IMG/VR virus record: IMGVR_UViG_3300020037_003256
Coordinates: 32,001 to 96,000 of that record
From: a virus
Lineage: Duplodnaviria > Caudoviricetes
Length of the DNA: 64,000 nt
Strand: one strand, 5' to 3'
Shown: piece after piece, positions 29,220-38,293 of the stretch
How positions within the stretch are numbered: position 1 is the first letter of the stretch
Layout of the letters: every line of letters starts with the position of its first letter
Notes under the pieces: model-generated
What the model was told of the DNA's origin: nothing
The model's database searches: none
Seen by the model: the letters and a program-made list of their open reading frames with translations, nothing else
Translations under genes and position numbers: made by a program

Positions 29220-29253
29220 AAGAAAAGGTACACAGCCAGATAGACTGTGTACC
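29220..29253 (-). terminator. intrinsic terminator after nrdJ
   Basis: GGTACACAG/CTGTGTACC stem followed by TTTTCTT on the minus strand. Confidence 0.65.
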
Positions 29254-29273
29254 CGAACAGATTGTTCTAAGTG

Positions 29274-31583
29274 TTAGTCACAACCACCACCTACGCACGC
29301 GAACGTTTGTGCGCTAGTGGTCATATCGTCGTCTTCGTAGTTTGCCAGCTTAGACCAGTTTAAGTCTGGAAACTCTGCTTCGAACTTCTCGTATAACGCC
29401 GGTGATAGCGCCTCGTTCGGTGTATACTTGTAGTACGTATTATCCTTCGGCGAGAACGACAGACCCGTGATGTGGTCTATGTTCTTGTGTACCAGACCGC
29501 CTAACTCTAACCATTCGTGGTCTTCGACATAAATTGTTGCTGACACAGAGTGCTCAGCCCAGTTTTTCTTCCACTCTAACCAGTTGTAAAACTGATCTAT
29601 TGCCGTCATGTCGTCACGCGTGACGGCACCCTTTGGTGCTTTTCTTGGGAATCCGAACACCAGCATAGATTCTTCTGCTTCTGGTGCCGGTGCGTGCGGT
29701 ACGCCAGAGTCAATTAAGAACCGAGCAACTGGGCTGTCTTTGGTTTCTCGCACCCAACGGATTTGTTGTGCGGCGAACCACGGGCTAACACCGGAACCAC
29801 AATTGAAGAACACAGACGAATCACCGCCTGGTTTTACCGTGGTGTTGGCCGCTGATCGATTAACACCCCAGCGCTTGGAGAGTTCAATATCCACATTCTC
29901 TACGATCTTCTGCAAATGTCGTTGCAGGTTCTCACGATCTTTTGCTTTGTACTGCAGTAACGGACATTCTGCTTGCCCGGTAATGTCTACGCCGAGCAAT
30001 CGTTCTTCTTCGCAATTGATGGCCCAATCTTTGCGGATGTAGTTGAACTTGGTACACAGAGATTGGATCTTGCCAAAGATGGTGGCAAGACGCACCTTAC
30101 GTTCCAAGTCTTTTACCGTATCGTCCTCTCTCGCAATCGCCATACTCAAATTACAGAACTGGTACGGTCGCAGTAGGATTTCCGCACACGGGTTACATCC
30201 TGGCAGGTGTCTGCCCCATTTACGACGTTTCGGTGAATGCTTGATTGCGGCTCTCCGATTGAAGATACCGCGTTCACCAGATTTGGATTTGAATAAAGCT
30301 GCCCACTCGTCCATGAACAAGTCCATTGGTGGTGGTCCGTCGTAATCGTAGACCGCTGAATTGTTCGCCATGGTGCGGTATAGGTGCTTAGTACCCCAAT
30401 CGCCAGACTTGGCATGACGCATCGCAACAGAGTCCAGATCCGATAGGGAGATCTCTGCAGCACGACGAACACCACCGACTTGAACAATTCGACCAGTCAT
30501 ACATGCTAGATCGTGCACGTCGATGTCCAACAATCGCTTTCCTTGTCGCGATTGAATCAGGTTCCGTGCAAACGAAATCAACTCGATAAATGGTTCTGGT
30601 CCACTGGCTCGCCCGCCTTTCGTCCGCAGTCTCGCTCCTTTCTTTCGAATGCGACTGCAGTCTAGGATGGCGTCATGTCCGTCCCATAGACGTTCCAGTA
30701 ACGCGTTATACGCGTCACACCAGCCTTCTGTTGAGTCGTCCACCAGAATTGTGTCTGGCTTTATCTTCTTTTGCCGTTTGATTTTGGGAAGCTCGCTGAC
30801 GTAGTCGTTTTCGCAGCTGAAACCCTCACCAGTACCCTGCATCAGAATGTACAACATCTCGGAGAACGATCGCACGTCTTCCATGGGCTGATACGCGCAG
30901 TTGTAGACGCCGACATGACAACGATCCAAAGCAGGTCCCGCCATCTGCACAACGCGTAACGCTGGACTGACTTCCATGTTGTACATGGAGTCACTTAGCT
31001 CGCGCCACTCGTTTTCTTCTAGCTGTACACCAGGTACCTTTTGAAGCCACGGTATAACTCGGTCGTAGACCGCTTCTTTCCAGGTTTCTCTCCGCTTTTC
31101 CGTCTCGTTCCAGCGGGAGAACTTCGACATGAATTGATAGTACTGCAAATCGGTCGGGATATGTTTCTGGTCTTCAAGTACACGAGCTGCGGTTTCTGGT
31201 GCGATTTGTTTGGTTTGACGTGCTTTGCGACGTTCTTCGCGATAGTTCTGATAGTGCTCAGCCGCGGCGAAGAGGCCTTCGCTCCACAACTGCTGAATGA
31301 TGAACTGCTGAATCTCTTCAACACCGATCTCTGTTTTCCCTTTCGCGGAAATAACGTTTAGTACGGATCGTACGATCTTTCGCACTAAGAACTCTTCTGT
31401 GACGTTTTCCTCCAGTGTGCTGCTGATTTCCGCAGCATGGAAACAGCGATATAACGCTTTCGAGATCTTTTCCGCCTGGAACTCGACAATGGTGTTGTCT
31501 CGTTTTTTGCACTTCCAGCTCTTCGCTTCTTCCACAACATCGACGTTTCGGGCTTTGCTTACTTTCGCATTTGCACTAACCAT
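29274..31583 (-). CDS. nrdJ: class II (B12-dependent) ribonucleotide reductase with N-terminal ATP-cone, 769 aa
   Basis: ATP-cone KKRD...EKI; YNCAY; GGVRRAA; NPCAE; TVKPGG; C-terminal CVGGGC; no small subunit nearby. Confidence 0.9.
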   Translation of the reverse strand: MVSANAKVSKARNVDVVEEAKSWKCKKRDNTIVEFQAEKISKALYRCFHAAEISSTLEENVTEEFLVRKIVRSVLNVISAKGKTEIGVEEIQQFIIQQLWSEGLFAAAEHYQNYREERRKARQTKQIAPETAARVLEDQKHIPTDLQYYQFMSKFSRWNETEKRRETWKEAVYDRVIPWLQKVPGVQLEENEWRELSDSMYNMEVSPALRVVQMAGPALDRCHVGVYNCAYQPMEDVRSFSEMLYILMQGTGEGFSCENDYVSELPKIKRQKKIKPDTILVDDSTEGWCDAYNALLERLWDGHDAILDCSRIRKKGARLRTKGGRASGPEPFIELISFARNLIQSRQGKRLLDIDVHDLACMTGRIVQVGGVRRAAEISLSDLDSVAMRHAKSGDWGTKHLYRTMANNSAVYDYDGPPPMDLFMDEWAALFKSKSGERGIFNRRAAIKHSPKRRKWGRHLPGCNPCAEILLRPYQFCNLSMAIAREDDTVKDLERKVRLATIFGKIQSLCTKFNYIRKDWAINCEEERLLGVDITGQAECPLLQYKAKDRENLQRHLQKIVENVDIELSKRWGVNRSAANTTVKPGGDSSVFFNCGSGVSPWFAAQQIRWVRETKDSPVARFLIDSGVPHAPAPEAEESMLVFGFPRKAPKGAVTRDDMTAIDQFYNWLEWKKNWAEHSVSATIYVEDHEWLELGGLVHKNIDHITGLSFSPKDNTYYKYTPNEALSPALYEKFEAEFPDLNWSKLANYEDDDMTTSAQTFACVGGGCD

Positions 31584-31643
31584 CGTCGCTCCTATAAATT
31601 AGCACAGGTTAACTAAAACGAAACAAACTACAAAACGGACGAC

Positions 31644-32084
31644 CTAGCTATCCAGCTTTGTGATCTTGCCGGTCCTGATATCCAGCACGGTAGCTGGTGG
31701 CTCGTCACGCGGCGGCATGCAAGAGAACTGTAAGCAAAACCGCTTATTTGCAAATCGTCCTTCTGCCGTCATCTCAGCCGGGCCTGCCATTGGGGCCGGC
31801 GCGTGCCACACAAGGATATTCACATCCGACAGACTATCCATAAACCTACCGACGTTAACGGACACGCCTCCGACACATAACGCACCGTCTGCTGGCCCAG
31901 GCCCGCACAGTTCCGTAGGCGTCGGATACGCACTGATGCGCCAGATTTCTTCGTCGTCGTCGTACTCGTACCGAAATCCCAGTGCACCTGTGAACGCGTG
32001 CGATGTAATACACTCACGCAGCTCTTGCACTAAAGCTCGGATCCAAGCTGGTGTTTCGACTATATGCTCTTCAATCATCTTCAC
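31644..32084 (-). CDS. hypothetical protein, 146 aa
   Basis: Operon context; by recollection resembles a Planctomycetota hypothetical family (unverified). Confidence 0.6.
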   Translation of the reverse strand: MKMIEEHIVETPAWIRALVQELRECITSHAFTGALGFRYEYDDDEEIWRISAYPTPTELCGPGPADGALCVGGVSVNVGRFMDSLSDVNILVWHAPAPMAGPAEMTAEGRFANKRFCLQFSCMPPRDEPPATVLDIRTGKITKLDS

Positions 32085-33372
32085 TAGGCTCCTGTGACAT
32101 GCTGCACAACAGGTCAGGTGCAGATATCGTAATTACAGTGTGACGTGTTATTACCACGGAAGGACGCTGACCGTCATTTTCTTCCGTATCTTGTTCTCCG
32201 GATGCGGCAGTAACCCGTCGCAAGATCTCCGGTCCGTGTTCGTCTGGGTCTTCTGCGTTGAAAGCTTTATCGTCCCAATACACGTCTGCGAATACCTTGC
32301 CAGAACTCTCATCCGGTTGATCTGGATTCTCGTTTATGTGGTCGTACGGTACTTCGTTGTCCTTCAACCATTTCGCCACCAGTTTCTTATCTCCGCGAAC
32401 TGTAAAGATAATGATCCTGGCTCCGTTGTCGTAAAACTTTCGCACCCACTCTACCGCACGTTCACGCGGGGCACCTATCGTCTTTACGTTAAACGGTTCC
32501 TCCTTTTCCGCTAACGTACCGTCGAGGTCTATGCATATGGTGAATTGGTGCCCGTCGTCTGCAGACTGTTTTACAAGTAATAGCTTCGGATCTGGATCTT
32601 CAAAAACGTTTTTTAGACTCGCACGTTTCATCGACCGTAATCGCATCTTTAACGCACCACCACATTTTGGGCACGTTTCATTCTCTGGCATTTCGTAGTA
32701 GCGGTGCTGACAGTCTGGGCACGGTATATAACCGTCCCGTACGTGTTGCAAGACGCTGCTTTTAGCCTTCTCTTTAGCTTCTTCGTTGCGAGCCCAAAAC
32801 TCAGCATCCGTTTCCGCGGCCTGCTTCGCGTGTGCTGCTTTCTCTGGCTCTGTATCGAGCCACTGCTTAAAGTCTGGTAACGTCATTGCTTTGATGCTTC
32901 CCAAGCCTGTCCAACCCTTCGAGTAGTTTCGAAGATAGGCTGTCTTGGCTTCAGCTTCTGTAATGCATCCCAGCACGCACTTGTGTTCGTCGAACGATCC
33001 GTCTTTCTTAACTTGGTTGACAACGAATATGATCTCGCTGTCTGGGTGTTCTTCTGAAAAGAAGAAATCGACTTCATCACCATCTGCACCGCTGTCTTTG
33101 TTACCGAAGTAGCCGTAGTGGTCTTTCATCTCGGTAGACCACGCCTTGCCGTCTTTACTTTTACCAAAACGCACAGACCCCTTTGGGTTCTCAATGACAA
33201 GCTGCAGACCATTCCAATCTGTCTTCCCTTTTTTGTACCTCCCGGTTTCCTTCTGTTGTTCCGTAGGCTCTGTGTTTGTCTTGCTTGCCGCTTCTTGTAT
33301 GTCAGCTAACGTGTCTGCTGTCTTTACAACATGCGGTACGCCAAGTGTTTGCAGATATTCGAAATCGTCCAT
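32071..33372 (-). CDS. multidomain protein: inorganic-pyrophosphatase-like + Zn ribbon + HAD phosphatase
   Basis: IENPKGS...YGY...GADGDEVD...FDEHK; CPDC...CPKC; IDLDGT...FTVR...YWDDK. Confidence 0.75.
   Translation of the reverse strand: MDDFEYLQTLGVPHVVKTADTLADIQEAASKTNTEPTEQQKETGRYKKGKTDWNGLQLVIENPKGSVRFGKSKDGKAWSTEMKDHYGYFGNKDSGADGDEVDFFFSEEHPDSEIIFVVNQVKKDGSFDEHKCVLGCITEAEAKTAYLRNYSKGWTGLGSIKAMTLPDFKQWLDTEPEKAAHAKQAAETDAEFWARNEEAKEKAKSSVLQHVRDGYIPCPDCQHRYYEMPENETCPKCGGALKMRLRSMKRASLKNVFEDPDPKLLLVKQSADDGHQFTICIDLDGTLAEKEEPFNVKTIGAPRERAVEWVRKFYDNGARIIIFTVRGDKKLVAKWLKDNEVPYDHINENPDQPDESSGKVFADVYWDDKAFNAEDPDEHGPEILRRVTAASGEQDTEENDGQRPSVVITRHTVITISAPDLLCSMSQEPSEDD
32601..32614. repeat. dispersed palindrome copy 5 (CAAAAACGTTTTTT, 1 mismatch; intragenic)
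   Basis: Encodes LKNVFE directly after KRAS in the inter-domain linker. Confidence 0.8.
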
Positions 33373-33383
33373 TTTAAAACCCC

Positions 33384-33412
33384 TTGTCGTGTCCCTCTTT
33401 AGGGGGTATAAC
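33384..33412 (+). promoter_or_regulatory. sigma70-like promoter for csrA
   Basis: TTGTCG-17 nt-TATAAC, ending 54 nt before the csrA ATG. Confidence 0.6.
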
Positions 33413-33466
33413 ACTAATGACGTACGCCGTCAACGTAACCAGTTCTCTTTTCAGGAAGGAGCCTGT

Positions 33467-33643
33467 ATGCTCGTCCTTACACGTAAGCTTGACGAAAAGA
33501 TCATAGTCAACAACGACATCGTAATCACCGTTGTTGAGATTCTGAATGGGCGTGTACGTATCGGGATTGAAGCGCCTATTGAAGTGCCTGTACATCGCAG
33601 TGAAGTCCAGGCAAAAGTTAAAGCAGCTGAGGCCGTATCTTAG
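33467..33643 (+). CDS. csrA: carbon storage regulator CsrA/RsmA, 58 aa
   Basis: MLVLTRK...VRIGIEAP..VPVHRSEV signature; AGGAAGGAG SD; only plus-strand gene. Confidence 0.93.
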   Translation: MLVLTRKLDEKIIVNNDIVITVVEILNGRVRIGIEAPIEVPVHRSEVQAKVKAAEAVS

Positions 33644-34176
33644 GTTTTAGCTACGGTGTTTCGTCCTAGCACGCTTCTCCGGCGAATAGCAACGACGACG
33701 CAAAAGGAACTGCCACCGTTTGGTAATGGTGTCATACCGTAAGACTTGCGAAGCGTTTGCAACTCAGGAGAGTGTACTTTCAAGTACCAGACATGCGATA
33801 CCCCCGGCCATGCGGGGGTATCAAAACTGTAGAGTTTACCCAGCGAGTAACGAAACTCCTTACCACGTTCCGTTACTTTGTCCGCACCGCCCAATCCTTT
33901 CAGATCCGTAGCAGACATAACCGCGATATGTGCGTTTAGATTGCCGTCAGAGCCCGATGGCGGTAATTCAATTCCCGGCTCACGCATAGCCGAAAACACA
34001 CCACGAACGAGCGAGTTCGGTACAGATAGCAACAAGTGCCCAGATGAGCTAACGTATAACCGACCAGCCAGGTTATACGATACTTCTTCTGCTGCTTGTT
34101 TAACTAGCTCTCTACCGGCTGCGAACAAACGCGCCGCCCAGGTAGGCGGCGAGTCTTGTGTAGATAGTAGCGACAT
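33640..34176 (-). CDS. 2H-phosphoesterase-like protein (second motif degenerate), 178 aa
   Basis: NAHIAV first motif; LRKSYGM helix; FCVVVA where the second HxT/S is expected; VKQAA. Confidence 0.45.
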   Translation of the reverse strand: MSLLSTQDSPPTWAARLFAAGRELVKQAAEEVSYNLAGRLYVSSSGHLLLSVPNSLVRGVFSAMREPGIELPPSGSDGNLNAHIAVMSATDLKGLGGADKVTERGKEFRYSLGKLYSFDTPAWPGVSHVWYLKVHSPELQTLRKSYGMTPLPNGGSSFCVVVAIRRRSVLGRNTVAKT

Positions 34177-34178
34177 TG

Positions 34179-34652
34179 TTATTTCCCGCTGACAACTGCG
34201 TAGAACGCTACGGCAGTTGTAATGATCCAGCCGCCAAACTTCGCGATCTCCCAAATTGCGTTTTTCGTAGACTTGATCGAATCTTGTCCACGATCCAGCG
34301 TACCTACGTGTGACGCTAAAGAAGCCAGCGACTGCCGTAGCTCGGCCATAAGCGCGTGAGTATCTTTAACGTCATCTCGAACACCGGCAATCTGCTCCGT
34401 GTGTCCGCGAGTCACGTTAACTAAGTTTGCTGAATTTGCGTTGTCTTGAATAACGCGATCTAGATTGGCTAATTTGGCTTCTAACTGTTCCAAGGTTTTT
34501 ACGGCTGCGATAATAGCTTTGGCGTTGCTATTCACTTCCGCACCAACGCACTTAAGGCCTTCACTGGCTGCCTTTGTAGCTTCCAGCAGCTGACCAATGA
34601 TTATCATCAGGTTGTCGGTGTCCGCTGCACTAGGCTTCCGTGCCGTAGTCAT
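34179..34652 (-). CDS. coiled-coil protein with C-terminal transmembrane anchor (~157 aa)
   Basis: Heptad-like helix plus FGGWIITTAVAFYAVV; GGGAGG SD before 34652. Confidence 0.6.
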   Translation of the reverse strand: MTTARKPSAADTDNLMIIIGQLLEATKAASEGLKCVGAEVNSNAKAIIAAVKTLEQLEAKLANLDRVIQDNANSANLVNVTRGHTEQIAGVRDDVKDTHALMAELRQSLASLASHVGTLDRGQDSIKSTKNAIWEIAKFGGWIITTAVAFYAVVSGK

Positions 34653-34681
34653 GGGCTGCCTCCCAGAGAGTTTGGATTTAG

Positions 34682-35101
34682 TTACGCTGCACGATTTGGG
34701 TTCAAAGCTGACCCGTTTTGCAGTAGCGTCGTTACATCCGCACAAATTTGATCCATTGTCCTTACCGCGACCTGGATACCTCTGCAGCCACGCAGATGCG
34801 CATGTTGCATGTCTTTGAGTCGCATTAAACACAAATGGAGGGCTATACGCGGCGGAGCATTGACTTTATCACCGTCTGTATCGCTAGCTGGCATGGCAGT
34901 CTCCAGGCTTGTTATTTGCGTAACGTAAGCAGATTGATTCCCAGAACTTCCCCATATTGTCCCAGGCTCCATTCCGCAACACATTACACAATGTGTTGCA
35001 AGAAGACACGGGCAGCGTATGAGCGTGCTACCGGTGCTTGTCATCCTGCTCCGGGCTTTTCGCCATGGAGCTATCTCGTTAATACCCGTTGTTACCTCCA
35101 T
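34682..35101 (-). CDS. Cys-rich hypothetical protein, 139 aa
   Basis: CPC...CVMCC and further Cys residues; fills the gap on the coding strand. Confidence 0.45.
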   Translation of the reverse strand: MEVTTGINEIAPWRKARSRMTSTGSTLIRCPCLLATHCVMCCGMEPGTIWGSSGNQSAYVTQITSLETAMPASDTDGDKVNAPPRIALHLCLMRLKDMQHAHLRGCRGIQVAVRTMDQICADVTTLLQNGSALNPNRAA

Positions 35102-35205
35102 GGCCCAACAGGTATTTCATTACCAGCCGACGCTCGCGGCAACCAATCTACCTCCGTTACATCAACACCAAGTATACCGAAAGACCTTACCTCTGCGGAA
35201 GACAG

Positions 35206-35463
35206 CTACAGTTTTGTGATGTTTCGAACGCCTTCATAGTACTTCCGTGTATGTCCACGCCGACCACAATCACATTTGCGTGACAGATCTAGCACACAAG
35301 CTCGCACCGTAGCTTCAGAATGTCCCCAGTAAGGACCGACCTGTGTCCCGCCGTAGGTGCACATGGCGTATACGCAATCTTGCTTATTACCTGCTGCGTT
35401 CTTTTGCTGTGTAAAGCAAATAACAGCCGGAGCGAACAGCTTGGATTTTCGTTTACGTCGCAT
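35206..35463 (-). CDS. small basic Cys/His-rich protein, 85 aa
   Basis: C...CDCG...H pattern. Confidence 0.55.
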   Translation of the reverse strand: MRRKRKSKLFAPAVICFTQQKNAAGNKQDCVYAMCTYGGTQVGPYWGHSEATVRACVLDLSRKCDCGRRGHTRKYYEGVRNITKL

Positions 35464-35483
35464 GATGCACCGTTAAACAGGTA

Positions 35484-35509
35484 AACCGCTCAGAAGCAGC
35501 TGAGCGGTT
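35484..35509 (-). terminator. hairpin, possible terminator
   Basis: AACCGCTCAG/CTGAGCGGTT 10-bp stem, 6-nt loop. Confidence 0.45.
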
Positions 35510-35542
35510 CATAGAGATCAAATCAAAATGGTGTGTGCCGAG

Positions 35543-35830
35543 TTACTTTTTGACTTTCTTCGCTTTCTTCCCTTCTTCACTGAGAACACCTTCAGAGATC
35601 CAACCTCGCTTTTGGCAGGTCTCAATCGCAACCCGATCCAGCTTTGGAGCATCCTTCACTGGTTTTCCCGTTGAGGTCAACAAGGTTACAGACTTCTTTC
35701 CCTTGTCGTTGGTTTCAACAGAGATCTTTCGACCGTTGCCCAAGGCGTCAAGAACGGCCAGCTGCTTGTCGGTAGGAACGACAGCTTTTGGGGCCTTAGG
35801 TGCTTTAACTGCTTTTGCGTTAGCCATCAT
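35543..35830 (-). CDS. small Lys-rich putative DNA-binding protein (~95 aa)
   Basis: TDKQLAVLDAL...RGWI...LSEEG, winged-helix-like pattern; KAPK repeats. Confidence 0.55.
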   Translation of the reverse strand: MMANAKAVKAPKAPKAVVPTDKQLAVLDALGNGRKISVETNDKGKKSVTLLTSTGKPVKDAPKLDRVAIETCQKRGWISEGVLSEEGKKAKKVKK

Positions 35831-35865
35831 AAACTCCATAAAGAAATTACGCTCTGTTTCTAAGG

Positions 35866-36603
35866 TCAGTCCGCTAACTTGCGGATAGTTCGCCTTTTTT
35901 TGGCGTGTATGTTTCTGACTGTTGGGCCAGAAGCCAACCCATCACAACCGATCGGAATATAACCGTCTGGTTTTTCAACAAATTCAACACCCACGGCTAA
36001 GCTGTTCGCCAATAAAGTAATCAGGGTCTCAGCCACGCTGGGTGTTGGTAACGTTTTACCTGAAAGCATATGTTGAATGCTGAACCGTAAATGCTTCAGC
36101 ATGTCTTCTTGCCAGTCAGGTCCACCGTCTGTGCCGTACGCCGCTATTATATGCTGCAGACACATAGCTGTAGCAGTGTACGTATATGCCAATACTTGTT
36201 TCAACACGTGTTCCGGAATTTTTGCTGTTTTTTCCGAAGAAATACCAACTTGTTTCGGAAACACGTCTACTTGCTTGTTCGGCAGTATCGCCGGCTTCAC
36301 ATGCCGATCCACTTTTACCGGGGACAGCGGACTCAGCGTTAACGCAAACGTATGCGCTTCTTGATAGGTGAAGAACACCTTGTAGATAGACCCGTGACGA
36401 ACACCGAACTGACCTTTGCGTGTAACCGTGATTTCTGGTGGACCTATTGCGCTAGCAAGCAGCACTGGCATTACGCCAGCCATATCCGGTTCCGTAGTCG
36501 TGAACCCGTATGGAAACTGCCCTTGGTATTCTGGCTGCAAGCTACACGTACCGTCTGATCGTTGGTACACAGCAATAACTTCAGCTCCCGGTTGTTCGCC
36601 CAT
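35866..36603 (-). CDS. hypothetical protein, 245 aa
   Basis: Long ORF in operon. Confidence 0.65.
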   Translation of the reverse strand: MGEQPGAEVIAVYQRSDGTCSLQPEYQGQFPYGFTTTEPDMAGVMPVLLASAIGPPEITVTRKGQFGVRHGSIYKVFFTYQEAHTFALTLSPLSPVKVDRHVKPAILPNKQVDVFPKQVGISSEKTAKIPEHVLKQVLAYTYTATAMCLQHIIAAYGTDGGPDWQEDMLKHLRFSIQHMLSGKTLPTPSVAETLITLLANSLAVGVEFVEKPDGYIPIGCDGLASGPTVRNIHAKKRRTIRKLAD

Positions 36604-36604
36604 G

Positions 36605-37108
36605 TTACACCTTGGGTACTTTTAACGTGCCGAGCGTAGCGAGCTGCCCCGCCGTCAAGTCACCGTTATCCTTATTCTTACCAAGCATGTGCTCTGTTAC
36701 GAGCTCCAACGCTTCTACGACACTGTTCTCGAATTTTTCTTTGGTGCAGATTCCGGTCTCCACCATCAGCCGGACAACCGCAAGCATCTGGGCCGCGACC
36801 CATCTATTGTACTGTGCTTGCGTACTGCCCTGCGTATGTGTGGTAGGCTCAGCTACCGGTGCTTTGACTGTATTGTCGCTTGGGCGAAGGGCTAACAAGT
36901 CATCAGCGTTCTTTGTGTAGAAGAATGCTGAGAAAGCTCTACCAGCCCGCATACCGTTAGTGTTAGCCGGAAAGATGCTGGCTACCATGCACGGATATTC
37001 GGTAGGACCGCTGCCCCACGTAATCTCTATTGGCGACTTGACCATCGCCTGCTCTTGTGCTCGCTTGTAGTTTTCCCAGTCATCCAAGTTCCGTAACGCT
37101 GTCCACAT
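36605..37108 (-). CDS. hypothetical protein (~167 aa)
   Basis: Probable start MWTAL after TAGGA. Confidence 0.6.
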   Translation of the reverse strand: MWTALRNLDDWENYKRAQEQAMVKSPIEITWGSGPTEYPCMVASIFPANTNGMRAGRAFSAFFYTKNADDLLALRPSDNTVKAPVAEPTTHTQGSTQAQYNRWVAAQMLAVVRLMVETGICTKEKFENSVVEALELVTEHMLGKNKDNGDLTAGQLATLGTLKVPKV

Positions 37109-37116
37109 ATAACGTC

Positions 37117-37326
37117 CTAGTTTTGATTCTGAAGATTCGCCGAAGCCCAAAGGGCTAATTCGACTTTTGTGTTTACCGCTAGCTTCTTTCGAAGCCTAGA
37201 CGTGTACGACTTTACTGTTTCGAAACCGATGCCTAGATCAGTAGCTATTTGCGGGTATGTCTTACCGAGCAATACGCCACGCAGTACGTCAATTTCGCGG
37301 GAACTGAGTTTCACGTTGTTTTCCAC
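37117..37326 (-). CDS. stand-alone LuxR-type helix-turn-helix protein, 69 aa
   Basis: LSSREIDVL...GKTYPQIATDLGIGFETVKSYTSRLRKKL. Confidence 0.85.
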   Translation of the reverse strand: MENNVKLSSREIDVLRGVLLGKTYPQIATDLGIGFETVKSYTSRLRKKLAVNTKVELALWASANLQNQN

Positions 37327-37346
37327 AAATAGCTCCTAATCTAGCC

Positions 37347-38285
37347 CTACGCGGTCTTCTGAGACGACCCGGTAACAGAAGATCCTGAAACCTTTTGCGG
37401 TTTCTCGCTTACCGCTCTTCCTCCTTGAAAACTACCTTCTACTTTTGGTACTGCCAAGTTTATCGGATGCAACGTACCTGGCCATACCCAAGTCGGTGTG
37501 AAATCATAAGCACCACCATCGCTACCTTCAACGTGCATCGTCGTATCCCAAGGAACACTACTAAGCAACGTTGTCAGTGTTTCCTTTTGTGCCGCCAACC
37601 AAGACGCAGATCTGGCTCGTTTCTGTGCGATCTGGCGATGGTATTCGTAGCCTCGCAAGTTATTGTTGGTTACCCCAACAATATGCTGCAGTACGTCACT
37701 TGCAAGCGGCTGAACCTTACGACCGGCTCGAACCGTGTTGATTAGCATCATCTCAGCGGGCTTTGACCGGATGTTCGGTTCTAGCGTCGGAAAATAACGA
37801 CGAAAGGCCATCAAGCTCGACGGCAGCGTACGATCTGCTATCGTTGAATTCGGGTTAGCGTCTTCACCCAATACAAACAGTTCCGACGTTTCCCAGAAGG
37901 CATACATACCAGAACCGTACACCGTCACAGCTTCCGGATATGCCGCTTGCACTTGCATCTGCTTCTTCAAGCGGTCTGGCAAGTTTATGCAGTCGTCATC
38001 CCACAGCGTCAGAACTTCACCGCTTGCGTGTATGGCCGCAAACGCTAATCCTTCAGCCTGCGACTTTGCTGGACGAGCAATTACATGCATACCCCGTATG
38101 CCGGCTTCTACTCTGGCACGATCTACAAAAGACTGAACCAACGAAACGTAATCTCCGGCGTTGTCGACTACGATAATCAGTTCTTTTTCGTCGTACGTCT
38201 GTGTCGAGAAGCTTAGGATTGTTCTCTGCAGCTGTCCGTAGCGGTGAGGCTGCGAAACACACAGACAAGAAATTAACTCACCCAT
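37347..38285 (-). CDS. GT2-like glycosyltransferase
   Basis: ISCLC...QTYDEKELIIVVD...WDDD...PDRLKKQ. Confidence 0.75.
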   Translation of the reverse strand: MGELISCLCVSQPHRYGQLQRTILSFSTQTYDEKELIIVVDNAGDYVSLVQSFVDRARVEAGIRGMHVIARPAKSQAEGLAFAAIHASGEVLTLWDDDCINLPDRLKKQMQVQAAYPEAVTVYGSGMYAFWETSELFVLGEDANPNSTIADRTLPSSLMAFRRYFPTLEPNIRSKPAEMMLINTVRAGRKVQPLASDVLQHIVGVTNNNLRGYEYHRQIAQKRARSASWLAAQKETLTTLLSSVPWDTTMHVEGSDGGAYDFTPTWVWPGTLHPINLAVPKVEGSFQGGRAVSEKPQKVSGSSVTGSSQKTA

Positions 38286-38293
38286 GAACACTC

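Noticed and set aside
31584-31646. Amber readthrough fusing the 146-aa ORF to nrdJ (same frame)
   Set aside because: An in-frame TAA at 31599-31601 intervenes
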